A stretch of 33,000 nucleotides of DNA from a virus (Duplodnaviria; Caudoviricetes), in IMG/VR virus record IMGVR_UViG_3300048579_000301, positions 1 through 33,000 of that record. The stretch is one strand, 5' to 3'. Of this stretch, positions 1-8,150 are shown piece after piece; the first letter of the stretch is position 1; every line of letters begins with the position of its first letter. The notes under the pieces are model-generated. The model saw nothing but the letters and a program-made list of their open reading frames with translations. It was not told the origin of the DNA and did no database searches. The position numbers and the translations under genes were made by a program.

Positions 1-1
1 C

Positions 2-2803
2 GAACTGACCGCGACATCGGCATTCCGACCGACGGCCCAGGATGGCGTTGTGCCGTTCTTCGACCGGCGAATTGTCTTCCCGTACTGGAGCCGCGGGCAC
101 GTGGTCTTCATGATCGGCAGACGAACGCCGTGGACGCCGGAGTTCGAGTGGGAGAAGTCGAAGTACAAGAAGCTGGCCATTCGCAACGACCGAAACAACA
201 GCCACGTAGCAGCGTGCATTCGGAACGACGTCCTGTACAACGAAGACGTGTTCCTCGGGCGCCCGGAGCGCGTTGTCATCACAGAGGGAGTCACCGACTG
301 CATTTCGCTCATGGAGCGTGGGCTCCCGGCGGTATCACCCGTCACCGTGCAGATCAGGGAAGCCGATTGGGAGCGCCTGTTACCGAAGCTCGCTGGCGTG
401 AAAACGGTCTTCATCTGCCAGGACAACGAGGTATCTGAAGCGGGCATGCAGGGCGCGCTGAAGATGGCACGCATCCTCGGAGACCATGGCATCGCGACTC
501 GCGTTGCCGTCCTGCCACTCGGTGAAAAACAGCGGGCAGCGCGGGAACGGATCACTGGCCTGCCTCAGGGCAGCTCGGAGTTGGACACGCTCCAGGCGGA
601 CGCCAAGATTGACGTCAACGAGTACTTCGCGTCGGGCAAGACGGCGGCCGACTTCGAGGCAGTGCTCGCGGCCGCGCAAACACCGCTGGAAATGGCGGTC
701 TCCAGACTTTCGCCCGCAACTCCTGATGCGGACCTCGCCAGATTGCTGGAACCCATCCTTGCGCAGGTAAACCGCCTGGACCCTATCGAGCAGCACCAGC
801 ACATCCGTCTGATTCAGAGCCAGTGCGGACGGGCACGGCTTCCCGTTGCGGCATTGCGGAAGCAGCTGAAGGTCGTTGAATTGAACGCCGCCACCCGGCG
901 CAGGCACAAGCCGGGTGCGGGATCGGCGGGACTGCCGCCGGAAAATGAACTCCCGTCGATCCAGGTCAACAACCGCCAGTTGCGGGACGTTCTGGACGAT
1001 ACGTGGCGGGCTATTGCCACGAGCAACGGTGATCTGAGCAACTTCGAGCGGCTGCCGTTCTTTCTGTTCCAGCGGCAGGGCGCGCTCGTGCGCCTGGTCG
1101 CGAACGGCTCCGACGGCGGGCTTGAGATCGAAATGGCGCAGGACTCGTCGGTCTTCGCCCTGCTCGTCCACGCCGCCAACTGGATCAAGCTCACCGAGGA
1201 GGCCGTTCTTCACGTTCACCCGCCGCACGACCTTGCGCGCGTGATGATGTCGTTTCCTCATTCGGATCTGCCGGCACTCGAGGCGGTGCTGCGGACACCC
1301 GTCTTCGGCAGTGCGGGTCAACTGATCCGCGCAGCTGGGTATCACCGCGACGAACGCGTGTGGCTGCAGCCGCGGGAGCAGTTGGATTTGCCCGCGATTC
1401 CGGAGACGCCGGCCGAGGATGACATCGCGGCCGCACGGGCGCTGATCTTCGACGAACTGCTTGGGGATTTCCCCTTTGTCAACCGCTCTGATGCGGCGCA
1501 CGGCGTGGCGGCGATGATTCTGCCGTTTGTGCGGCGGCTGTTTCGCGGGCCCACTCCCATCCACCTGATCGAGGCGCCACGTCCTGGCTCGGGAAAGGGG
1601 CTGCTGGCCAATGTGATCTCCCTGGTAACTCACGGGACAACCTGTGAGACCAAGACGCTGCCCGGCGATGAAGAAGAAGTGCGGAAGCTGCTCACGACCG
1701 AGCTTATCAAGGGCCGGCCACTGATCCTGCTCGACAACGCGGATGAGCGCAAGCCCATCCAGTCGGGCGCGTTGGCATCGGTTACCACCGCTGAGATCTG
1801 GGGCAACCGGCAGCTCGGCAAGCTGGACAGCGTCTGTGTGCCGAACCTGGCGCTGTGGCTCATGACGGCGAACAACCCAAAGCTGGCGGGCGAAATGGCG
1901 CGGCGCTGCATTCGGGTGCGGATCGACCCGAAGATTGACCGGCCATGGAAGCGCGCCGGCTTCCGGCATCAGCACCTGCTCGATTGGGCGCGGGAGAATC
2001 GCGCGCGGCTGGTGCATGCGGTGATCGTCCTGGTGAAAGCATGGTTGGCTGCGGACCGCCCAGCCCACAGCATCCGTCTGGGTTCGTTCGAGCGGTGGTC
2101 CAGTGTGGTTGGCGGCATCATCCAGACGGCGGGCATCCCCGGGTTCCTGGAGAGTCTCGATGAGTTGTACGACGCGAGCGACAAGGAAGGTCAGGAGTGG
2201 CGGGCGTTCGCCGAGGCCTGGTGGCGGGCATTTGGAGCCGAGCCGCAGAAGGTCGCCGACCTGAATCAGTTCTGCGAGCGCGAAGGCTTGATGCTGGACG
2301 TGCGCGGCGACCGGTCGGAGCGTTCGCAGCAGGTCCGGTTGGGCAATGCCCTTCACAGCCATCGGGATCAGGTGTATGAGCGCTATCGGATCGTTAAGGT
2401 CGACCCGCCGCGGCAGCACCGGGGCACCAGCATGTACGCGCTGGAGACTCGCGATGCCGCGGAGGGCACGTCTGGAACTTGCCGGGATCTTGAGGATGGA
2501 GATCCCGACGGCCTAATTCCCATCGGGCCAATCGGCTGCGAGGCAGAGTCGAGAACGTCGGGATCTTCAACCCAGATCTCTATACACGAGATTAAAGAGG
2601 ATGCGAATTCCGGGGAAGAGAAAGAAAGAGAACAAATAGAAGAGAGCAGCGCCGGAACCGGCACGAAGATCCCGACACTCCCGACACGTGCGTCAACTCC
2701 CTCAGGAACAGACACTTCGTGCGTCGGGAACCTGGGCACCGAGATCCAGACACCGCGACGGGAGCAACAGATCGATCTCGCCGACTTCGAGGAGGAACGG
2801 TGA
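2..2803 (+). CDS. Phage primase (Toprim) fused to P-loop NTPase/helicase-like domain, 5'-truncated by window edge
   Basis: Frame is open from base 2 (ELTATSAFRPTAQDGVVPFFDRR), so GTG50 is not the real start. DnaG-like motifs RIVFP, ITEGVTD, QDNE, KIDVNE; Walker A-like PRPGSGKG and Walker B-like LILLDN in the C-terminal half. Confidence 0.85.
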   Translation, partial: ELTATSAFRPTAQDGVVPFFDRRIVFPYWSRGHVVFMIGRRTPWTPEFEWEKSKYKKLAIRNDRNNSHVAACIRNDVLYNEDVFLGRPERVVITEGVTDCISLMERGLPAVSPVTVQIREADWERLLPKLAGVKTVFICQDNEVSEAGMQGALKMARILGDHGIATRVAVLPLGEKQRAARERITGLPQGSSELDTLQADAKIDVNEYFASGKTAADFEAVLAAAQTPLEMAVSRLSPATPDADLARLLEPILAQVNRLDPIEQHQHIRLIQSQCGRARLPVAALRKQLKVVELNAATRRRHKPGAGSAGLPPENELPSIQVNNRQLRDVLDDTWRAIATSNGDLSNFERLPFFLFQRQGALVRLVANGSDGGLEIEMAQDSSVFALLVHAANWIKLTEEAVLHVHPPHDLARVMMSFPHSDLPALEAVLRTPVFGSAGQLIRAAGYHRDERVWLQPREQLDLPAIPETPAEDDIAAARALIFDELLGDFPFVNRSDAAHGVAAMILPFVRRLFRGPTPIHLIEAPRPGSGKGLLANVISLVTHGTTCETKTLPGDEEEVRKLLTTELIKGRPLILLDNADERKPIQSGALASVTTAEIWGNRQLGKLDSVCVPNLALWLMTANNPKLAGEMARRCIRVRIDPKIDRPWKRAGFRHQHLLDWARENRARLVHAVIVLVKAWLAADRPAHSIRLGSFERWSSVVGGIIQTAGIPGFLESLDELYDASDKEGQEWRAFAEAWWRAFGAEPQKVADLNQFCEREGLMLDVRGDRSERSQQVRLGNALHSHRDQVYERYRIVKVDPPRQHRGTSMYALETRDAAEGTSGTCRDLEDGDPDGLIPIGPIGCEAESRTSGSSTQISIHEIKEDANSGEEKEREQIEESSAGTGTKIPTLPTRASTPSGTDTSCVGNLGTEIQTPRREQQIDLADFEEER
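2470..2751. repeat. Cluster of 11-bp GTCGGGAWCTY-like repeats in both orientations around a purine-rich tract; candidate replication origin
   Basis: GCCGGGATCTT 2481-2491, GAGATCCCGAC 2499-2509, GTCGGGATCTT 2557-2567, AAGATCCCGAC 2666-2676, GTCGGGAACCT 2723-2733, GAGATCCAGAC 2741-2751, weaker copies at 2470 and 2677; A-rich tract ~2581-2646. Confidence 0.7.
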
Positions 2804-2805
2804 CC

Positions 2806-3441
2806 ATGCTCTTTGTCGCCACCTCGCTGGCCGTGTGGTCGACCAACGAACCTGAGCGGTTCGCGCGCGACTTCCAGATCAACGACACGGTCTACCGGCG
2901 GCTCGATCCCGACTACTACGCGTGGCTGCGTTCCCGCATGGTTCTTGCCAAGCGGGCGGCTTCCGGCGGCAGGCTCGATCCCGAATCGTTCGAAGACCTG
3001 CGGAAGCGCTTCAATGCTGTCCACGAGTGGGCAATCGAGCACTTCGGAGAGGCGGCCCTGCTCAGTGCGGTGAAGACGCTGCGGGTTGCCGACTACGAAC
3101 CACCCGTCCCCGACGACGATAGGCCGCGCGTGCTTGCGCCACCGATGAAACCCGGCAACGATCCCGACGTTGATGCTATCGCCAAGGTGGACGCCATCGC
3201 GGATACCGCGCTCAGCTTGGGCTGGAAACGTGAGCGACTGTATGGCGTTGGGAACGGACGTCTGTTCGATCCGAACCGTGGGCTGGTGTCGTTTCTGAAA
3301 CAGGGAGATCGGCTCGGCGCGGTGACCCTCCAGTCAATTGAAATCATTGGGCCGCCCCCGTCCGAGGTGCGCCAGCACTTCTACAACCCGGATGTGGACC
3401 AGCCATGGATTCGCCGGGTCGCCGCTCCGGCAACGGCATGA
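2806..3441 (+). CDS. Hypothetical phage protein
   Basis: GGAGGA at 2791-2796 before ATG2806 (alternative GTG2800 overlapping the primase stop); coding-like composition. Confidence 0.75.
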   Translation: MLFVATSLAVWSTNEPERFARDFQINDTVYRRLDPDYYAWLRSRMVLAKRAASGGRLDPESFEDLRKRFNAVHEWAIEHFGEAALLSAVKTLRVADYEPPVPDDDRPRVLAPPMKPGNDPDVDAIAKVDAIADTALSLGWKRERLYGVGNGRLFDPNRGLVSFLKQGDRLGAVTLQSIEIIGPPPSEVRQHFYNPDVDQPWIRRVAAPATA

Positions 3442-3616
3442 AAGAGAATCGGCACTTTCTGTTTTGGCGGTCTGGCAAGTATAGATTAGTAGGGCTCGGT
3501 TCGAAGGTCCGGCGCAAAGCGCAGCTTCCGGGAGACGCCCCTCAATACATCCCTACGAGCGCCGGGACTCTCGCAAAACTCCATCCCGCAATTTGCAGAG
3601 CCAGGAGTGTCTCCCG

Positions 3617-3928
3617 ATGGCAAAGCCAATCCCGCTCTATGCGGCGGACTTGCATCTGTGCGACTGGATCTCAGAGCAACGGGCCGTTCGTCTCGAACGC
3701 CTCGGGCTTGCGAAGGTCATTCGCCATCCGAAGAAGGGCCACATTGCCCGTTGCGTGTTTCACCGCCGCCCAGGTGAGTCCGTCCCGCGCCTGCGTGGGA
3801 AGGCTTACTCCCACCGGGAGCGCCTGGCGAATGGACACGTGACATGGACGCTGCGCAAGCTCGGCAAGGGCAACGAACTGCGACCGCTGTTCCTGCAGGT
3901 GGTGACCGATTGCTCGGTGCAGTCGTGA
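3617..3928 (+). CDS. Small basic hypothetical protein
   Basis: AGGAG at 3603-3607 before ATG3617; stop overlaps next start (GTGA). Confidence 0.7.
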   Translation: MAKPIPLYAADLHLCDWISEQRAVRLERLGLAKVIRHPKKGHIARCVFHRRPGESVPRLRGKAYSHRERLANGHVTWTLRKLGKGNELRPLFLQVVTDCSVQS

Positions 3929-4308
3929 TCGACCCATACCTGCAACGGCAGCTCGACCTGGCAATCCTGAAGCAGGCGTTGCGCGATCTCTGGCTGCGCA
4001 CTGACGGCTTCCGCATGACGAAGGACGAGCAGGAAGACTGCTCCGACCTGATGCTCGATGCCGCCCGCTGGTGTTTTGTTGACCGCCATCCAAACCATGT
4101 CTTCAGCTTCCGTCAGGTGTGTCAACGATCCGGCATCGACCCAGCGAGGAACGCGCTCAAGTTGTTCACAGACCTGCCCATGGAACGTAGGCGTGAGATC
4201 TGGGCGGCGCTGCGACATTACGCGAAACGCCACCTGCCTCGCAGTTGGCAGGCGTGCCAAGGCCAGGCGGTGCCGGGTCGTCGGCCCAAAGGACGCCGCT
4301 ATCTGTAA
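3925..4308 (+). CDS. Hypothetical protein, possible late-transcription regulator
   Basis: GTGA coupling at 3925-3928; pattern LAILKQALRD...ARW.F...FSFRQVC...GIDP seen in small phage proteins; lies directly before the cos-like site. Function is inference. Confidence 0.6.
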   Translation: MIDPYLQRQLDLAILKQALRDLWLRTDGFRMTKDEQEDCSDLMLDAARWCFVDRHPNHVFSFRQVCQRSGIDPARNALKLFTDLPMERRREIWAALRHYAKRHLPRSWQACQGQAVPGRRPKGRRYL

Positions 4309-4316
4309 GCATTCTT

Positions 4317-4415
4317 GGGTCCTTCCTGGGTGATGCGGCGGCGCGTTGCACGATTGCACAATTTCGCTAGCGTCAGACGCGAAAGTTGGTCGTCGGTCGT
4401 CGGGTTTGGGTCGTC
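4317..4415 (+). other. Lambda-like cos packaging site (cosQ/cosN/cosB-like)
   Basis: GGGTCCT at 4317-4323 equals lambda cosQ; GC-rich GCGGCGGCGCG core; TTTCGCTA at 4362-4369 as downstream of lambda cosN; GGTCGTC repeats at 4388, 4395, 4409; GpA-type terminase downstream. Confidence 0.7.
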
Positions 4416-4428
4416 ACCGGGGAATGCG

Positions 4429-5751
4429 TTGATCTACGGCAGCGTCTGTTCGGGAATTGAGGCGGCGACGGTCGCCTGGGAGCCGCTGGGCTTCCGGCCC
4501 GCGTGGTTCACCGAGATCGATCCCTTCTGCTCGGCGTTGCTCGCGCATCGGCATCCGGACGTTGAGAACCTTGGCGACTTCACGCGCATCAAAAGCGGCG
4601 CAAGGCCAATCGACATTCTGGCCGGAGGCACTCCCTGCCAGTCCTTCTCCATCGCCGGCAGACGAGGCGGCCTGGAGGACGCGCGTGGCAACCTGGCCCT
4701 CGAGTTTTGCCGCCTTGCTGGCAGACTGCGGCCTCGGTGGATCGTCTGGGAAAACGTCCCCGGTGTTCTGTCGTCGAGCGGCGGGCGGGACTTTGGAGCC
4801 ATCCTCTGGGCGCTGGCGAAACTCGGGTATGGTTGCGCCTGGCGAGTGCTGGACGCTCAGTTCCTCGGAGTGCCCCAGCGACGCCGTCGCGTCTTCGTTG
4901 TCGGACGTCTTGGAGACTGGCGCGGTGCCGCGGCGGTACTTCTTGAGCGCGAAGGCCTGTGCCGGGATACTGCGGCGCGCCGCAAGGAGAGGAAGAGCGT
5001 TGCCGCCCTTACTGCGGACGGCGTTGGAACATGTGGCGCGGATGATAACCAGGCACAAGCCGGCCACTTGATCCCGTTTGGAGGCAACAAGACAAGTGGG
5101 CCAATCGAAGTCGCCACCGCCTGCAATGCCCACGGTGGCAGCATGCGGATGGACTTCGAGACCGAAACATTCTGCGTCGACGTCGCGCCGCCGTTGTTGG
5201 CTGGCGCAAATCGCACGGGCGGGGACCGGTTTCCCGGCATGAGCGCGGATACATGTGAATCGCTTGTGACCCACACGCTCCGGGGCGAGGGCATGGACGC
5301 GAGCGAGGATGGCACTGGGCGCGGCACGCCACTGATCCCCATGGCATTCTCAGCCAAGGATTACGGCGCGGATGCGGGTGGAACCGCTCCGACGCTTCGG
5401 GCAATGCCGCACCGCCGTAGCCGCGCGAACGCGGGCGGCCAGGTCGCCGTCTGCGTCCAGGAAGGCCAGACCGGTGTTCGTGAGTACGACACGGCGGGTA
5501 CGGTGCGGTCAGACGCGCCCGGTTCGCAGCCGGGCGGCAGCCTGATCCGGGACCGCTACGCCGTGCGGCGGTTGACGCCACGGGAATGCGAGCGATTGCA
5601 GGGCTTCCCGGACGATTACACGCTGTTCCCTTACCGGGGCAAGCCCGCGGCCGATGGCCCGCGATACAAGGCAATCGGCAACTCAATGGCGGTGCCCGTC
5701 ATGCGATGGATCGGACGCAGGATTCAGATTGTGGATGCCATCCGTGGCTGA
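4429..5751 (+). CDS. DNA (cytosine-5)-methyltransferase with long variable region
   Basis: Motif I (VCSGIEA), IV (GGTPCQSFS), VI (ENVPG), VIII (QRRRRVFVVG), IX (RRLTPRECERLQGFPD), X (YKAIGNSMAVPV). Start placed at TTG4429 because upstream codons run through cos; exact start uncertain. Confidence 0.93.
   Translation: MIYGSVCSGIEAATVAWEPLGFRPAWFTEIDPFCSALLAHRHPDVENLGDFTRIKSGARPIDILAGGTPCQSFSIAGRRGGLEDARGNLALEFCRLAGRLRPRWIVWENVPGVLSSSGGRDFGAILWALAKLGYGCAWRVLDAQFLGVPQRRRRVFVVGRLGDWRGAAAVLLEREGLCRDTAARRKERKSVAALTADGVGTCGADDNQAQAGHLIPFGGNKTSGPIEVATACNAHGGSMRMDFETETFCVDVAPPLLAGANRTGGDRFPGMSADTCESLVTHTLRGEGMDASEDGTGRGTPLIPMAFSAKDYGADAGGTAPTLRAMPHRRSRANAGGQVAVCVQEGQTGVREYDTAGTVRSDAPGSQPGGSLIRDRYAVRRLTPRECERLQGFPDDYTLFPYRGKPAADGPRYKAIGNSMAVPVMRWIGRRIQIVDAIRG
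4457..5071 (+). CDS. Nested +1-frame ORF inside the C5-MTase; candidate second methyltransferase polypeptide
   Basis: 204-codon open frame ending in SSLSDVLETGAVPRRYFLSAKACAGILRRA, resembling the L.D.LE...Y.LS segment that follows motif VIII in many C5-MTases. Start uncertain (TTG4457 or TTG4562). Confidence 0.6.
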   Translation: MRRRRSPGSRWASGPRGSPRSIPSARRCSRIGIRTLRTLATSRASKAAQGQSTFWPEALPASPSPSPADEAAWRTRVATWPSSFAALLADCGLGGSSGKTSPVFCRRAAGGTLEPSSGRWRNSGMVAPGECWTLSSSECPSDAVASSLSDVLETGAVPRRYFLSAKACAGILRRAARRGRALPPLLRTALEHVARMITRHKPAT

Positions 5752-7225
5752 AGGCGCAATCTCGCCAGCGATGGCGCGGCGGATCGAGTTCTGGCCCGTC
5801 GAGCGGCTGGTCCCGTACACACGGAACGCGCGCACGCATTCGGATGAACAGGTTGCGCAGATCGCCGCTAGCATCGCTGAATTCGGATTCAACAACCCGG
5901 TGCTCGTGGACACCAGCGCGGGCATCATCGCTGGTCACGGGCGCGTCCTCGCGGCGCGTCGCATTGGACTCACGGAAGTGCCGGTGGTCGTCCTCGACCA
6001 CCTTTCCGAGACGCAGAAACGCGCTTACATCCTGGCCGACAACCGAATCGGCGAGAACGCAGGTTGGGATGGCGAGATTCTGCGCGTGGAGTTGGAGGAT
6101 CTCAAGGATGCGGACCTCGATCTGGCCGTCCTCGGCTTCAGTGAAGACGAAGTGGCGGCCCTCCTTGCCGAGGCCGGGCCCGAGGACGCGCCATCTGCCC
6201 AGGAGGAAACGCCCGAAGAGGTCCCCGAACCGCCGGATGAAGCGGTCACGCAGGCTGGTGACATCTGGATCATCGGGAAACACCGGTTGATCTGCGGAGA
6301 TTGCCGCGATTCTGCGACCGTGGCGCGGCTATTCGATGGCGCGCGGGCGAATATGGCGATCACGTCGCCGCCCTACGCATCGCAGCGCGCGTACGATCCG
6401 TCGAGCGGCTTCCGACCGGTCCCGCCAGGCGAGTATGTGGCCTGGTATCGCGCGGTTGCCGAGAACATCGCGACAATTCTGGCGGCGGATGGCTCCTACT
6501 TCCTCAACATCAAGGAGCATGCCGACGGAGGCCAGCGGAATCTCTACGTCAAGAAACTGACCATCGCGCACGTAGAGCAGTGGGGCTGGCGATTCGTCGA
6601 CGAATTCTGCTGGCGCAAGACCGACGATGGCGTGCCGGGCGGCTGGGGCAATCGCTTCAAGAACGCCTGGGAGCCGGTGTTTCACTTCTGCCGCCAGGAG
6701 AAGATCAAGTTCCGGCCCAAGGAAGTCGGCCACTGGTCGGACGACTGCTTCGATTACTCCCCCAGAAACCCGAAATCGACGTCCGGCAGCGGACTGCTTG
6801 GCACAGGGCCGCGAGGTGCGGCCGCGGATCAGGGACACAATCGTGGCTCCTGGCAGACCACCCGGCAGAACGCGGGCGATAACAACGGCCGGCACGGCGG
6901 AATCGCGCGGCCGAGCAACGTGATCGAGGCCAGGACGGAGTGCAACCAGGGATCGCACTCCGCGCCGTTCCCGCGTCCGCTGGCCGAGTTCTTCGTAAAG
7001 GCGTTCAGCGATCCCGGCGACGTCGTGTTCGACCCCTTCCTCGGGAGTGGAACCACGATGGCCGCCGCGCAGGTGCTCGATCGGTCCGGTTACGGATGCG
7101 AGATCTCGCCCGGGTACTGCGATGTGATCCTACGCCGCATCGAGCAACTGGCCGGAACCGAGCCCGTGCTCGCGGCAACGGGCGAGAGTTTCAGCGCCGT
7201 CGCGGCGGCGCGCATTACCAGTTGA
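5735..7225 (+). CDS. ParB-N-terminal-domain DNA methyltransferase, beta class, SPPY (N4-cytosine-type)
   Basis: ParB-like RNARTHS...IAGHGR...ADN; HRLICGD; catalytic TSPPY; SAM-binding DPFLGSGTT at C-terminus. Start ATG5735 (alternatives 5744, 5771). Confidence 0.9.
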   Translation: MPSVAEGAISPAMARRIEFWPVERLVPYTRNARTHSDEQVAQIAASIAEFGFNNPVLVDTSAGIIAGHGRVLAARRIGLTEVPVVVLDHLSETQKRAYILADNRIGENAGWDGEILRVELEDLKDADLDLAVLGFSEDEVAALLAEAGPEDAPSAQEETPEEVPEPPDEAVTQAGDIWIIGKHRLICGDCRDSATVARLFDGARANMAITSPPYASQRAYDPSSGFRPVPPGEYVAWYRAVAENIATILAADGSYFLNIKEHADGGQRNLYVKKLTIAHVEQWGWRFVDEFCWRKTDDGVPGGWGNRFKNAWEPVFHFCRQEKIKFRPKEVGHWSDDCFDYSPRNPKSTSGSGLLGTGPRGAAADQGHNRGSWQTTRQNAGDNNGRHGGIARPSNVIEARTECNQGSHSAPFPRPLAEFFVKAFSDPGDVVFDPFLGSGTTMAAAQVLDRSGYGCEISPGYCDVILRRIEQLAGTEPVLAATGESFSAVAAARITS

Positions 7226-7255
7226 CCAATTCCCAAGACGAAGGAGAAGACGCAC

Positions 7256-7822
7256 ATGCCTGAAGTAGCTACTCCGAACCAGGGCGAACGCGAGTTCGAA
7301 ACCGGTACGGACGAGTTTTTCAAGAACGCCAACGCCACCGGCGGCGCCAACCACAACGAGAACCAGCGCGTCACGTACGCGAACATCAAGCGCACGTACG
7401 ACGTTTATCAGGACCTGGACGTCCAGGCCGCGCGCCAGTCGCTCATCGAGCAGACTCGGCTCAACCAGATCGCGTCGCAGGCGCTGCAGAACGCTGTGGA
7501 GACCGCCAACATGGTCGGCAAGCAGGCCATCCGGCACGCCGACGTGGCAGCCGACGCCCTGTGGACCGACGAACTCAACCCGGTGTCGCGTGGCGCCGGA
7601 TCGAACCTCACCGCGGGCGCCGTTCCCGCCAACCGCGCCACGGACGTGAGCGCGGCCGGCGTGGGCGTGGATGCCCAGGCAGTCGCGGCCGCCGTCGCCA
7701 AGCAGGTGGACGCCACCGTCACGCCTGTGCTCGCCACCCTGCAGCAGATCGTCCAGGCGCTGACCACCGCGACCACCGCGATCGCCAACACCGTGAACCA
7801 GGCACAGCCGAAAACGGTGTAG
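7256..7822 (+). CDS. Ala/Gln/Thr/Asn-rich hypothetical protein
   Basis: AAGGAG SD at ~7241-7246, strongly GC3-biased codons, followed by a hairpin. Confidence 0.85.
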   Translation: MPEVATPNQGEREFETGTDEFFKNANATGGANHNENQRVTYANIKRTYDVYQDLDVQAARQSLIEQTRLNQIASQALQNAVETANMVGKQAIRHADVAADALWTDELNPVSRGAGSNLTAGAVPANRATDVSAAGVGVDAQAVAAAVAKQVDATVTPVLATLQQIVQALTTATTAIANTVNQAQPKTV

Positions 7823-7828
7823 TCAACC

Positions 7829-7850
7829 GGGGCGGCTCTCACGCCGCCCC
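7829..7850 (+). promoter_or_regulatory. GC-rich hairpin (mRNA stabiliser or weak terminator)
   Basis: GGGGCGGC-TCTCAC-GCCGCCCC perfect 8-bp stem; no poly-U tail. Confidence 0.6.
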
Positions 7851-7874
7851 CCATCCTCTCTGGAGCCCAAGCCG

Positions 7875-8150
7875 ATGAACACTCTGCTCATCATCCTGAA
7901 GATCTTTCCCCTGGTCCTGGCGGCGGTGCAGGCCGTCGAGCAAGCGATTCCGCTGCCCGGCCAGGGAAACAAGAAACTCGAACTCGTGCTCGACGTCATC
8001 AAGTCCGCCTACGACGGCAGCGCGGATCTGGCCAAACAGTTCAGTTGGGACAAGCTGGTCGCTGTCGTCGTGCCGATGATCGGCAAGATCGTCGACTTGC
8101 ACAATGCCCTCGGGCTGTTCGAGAAGTCCACCCAACCTAAAACCGCATGA
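7875..8150 (+). CDS. Holin-like membrane protein (LL-H family-like)
   Basis: Hydrophobic N-terminus followed by AVQAVEQ...G.KK pattern typical of LL-H-type holins; GGAG SD at 7862-7865. Confidence 0.55.
   Translation: MNTLLIILKIFPLVLAAVQAVEQAIPLPGQGNKKLELVLDVIKSAYDGSADLAKQFSWDKLVAVVVPMIGKIVDLHNALGLFEKSTQPKTA

Noticed and set aside
380-2419. 679-aa minus-strand ORF, and similar long antisense ORFs (8009-9061, 11845-12741, 14672-15613, 15592-16530, 23585-24940, 24537-25775, 30724-31839)
   Set aside because: Shadows of well-supported + strand genes; expected from high GC3, no motifs.
2470-2751. CRISPR array
   Set aside because: Repeats are 11 bp, mixed orientation and irregularly spaced.
3405-3842. 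145-aa ORF crossing the intergenic region
   Set aside because: Overlaps two better-supported genes; no SD or motif.
4315-4428. N-terminal extension of the C5-MTase in the ORF track
   Set aside because: Runs through the cos-like site; motif I normally lies within a few residues of the start.
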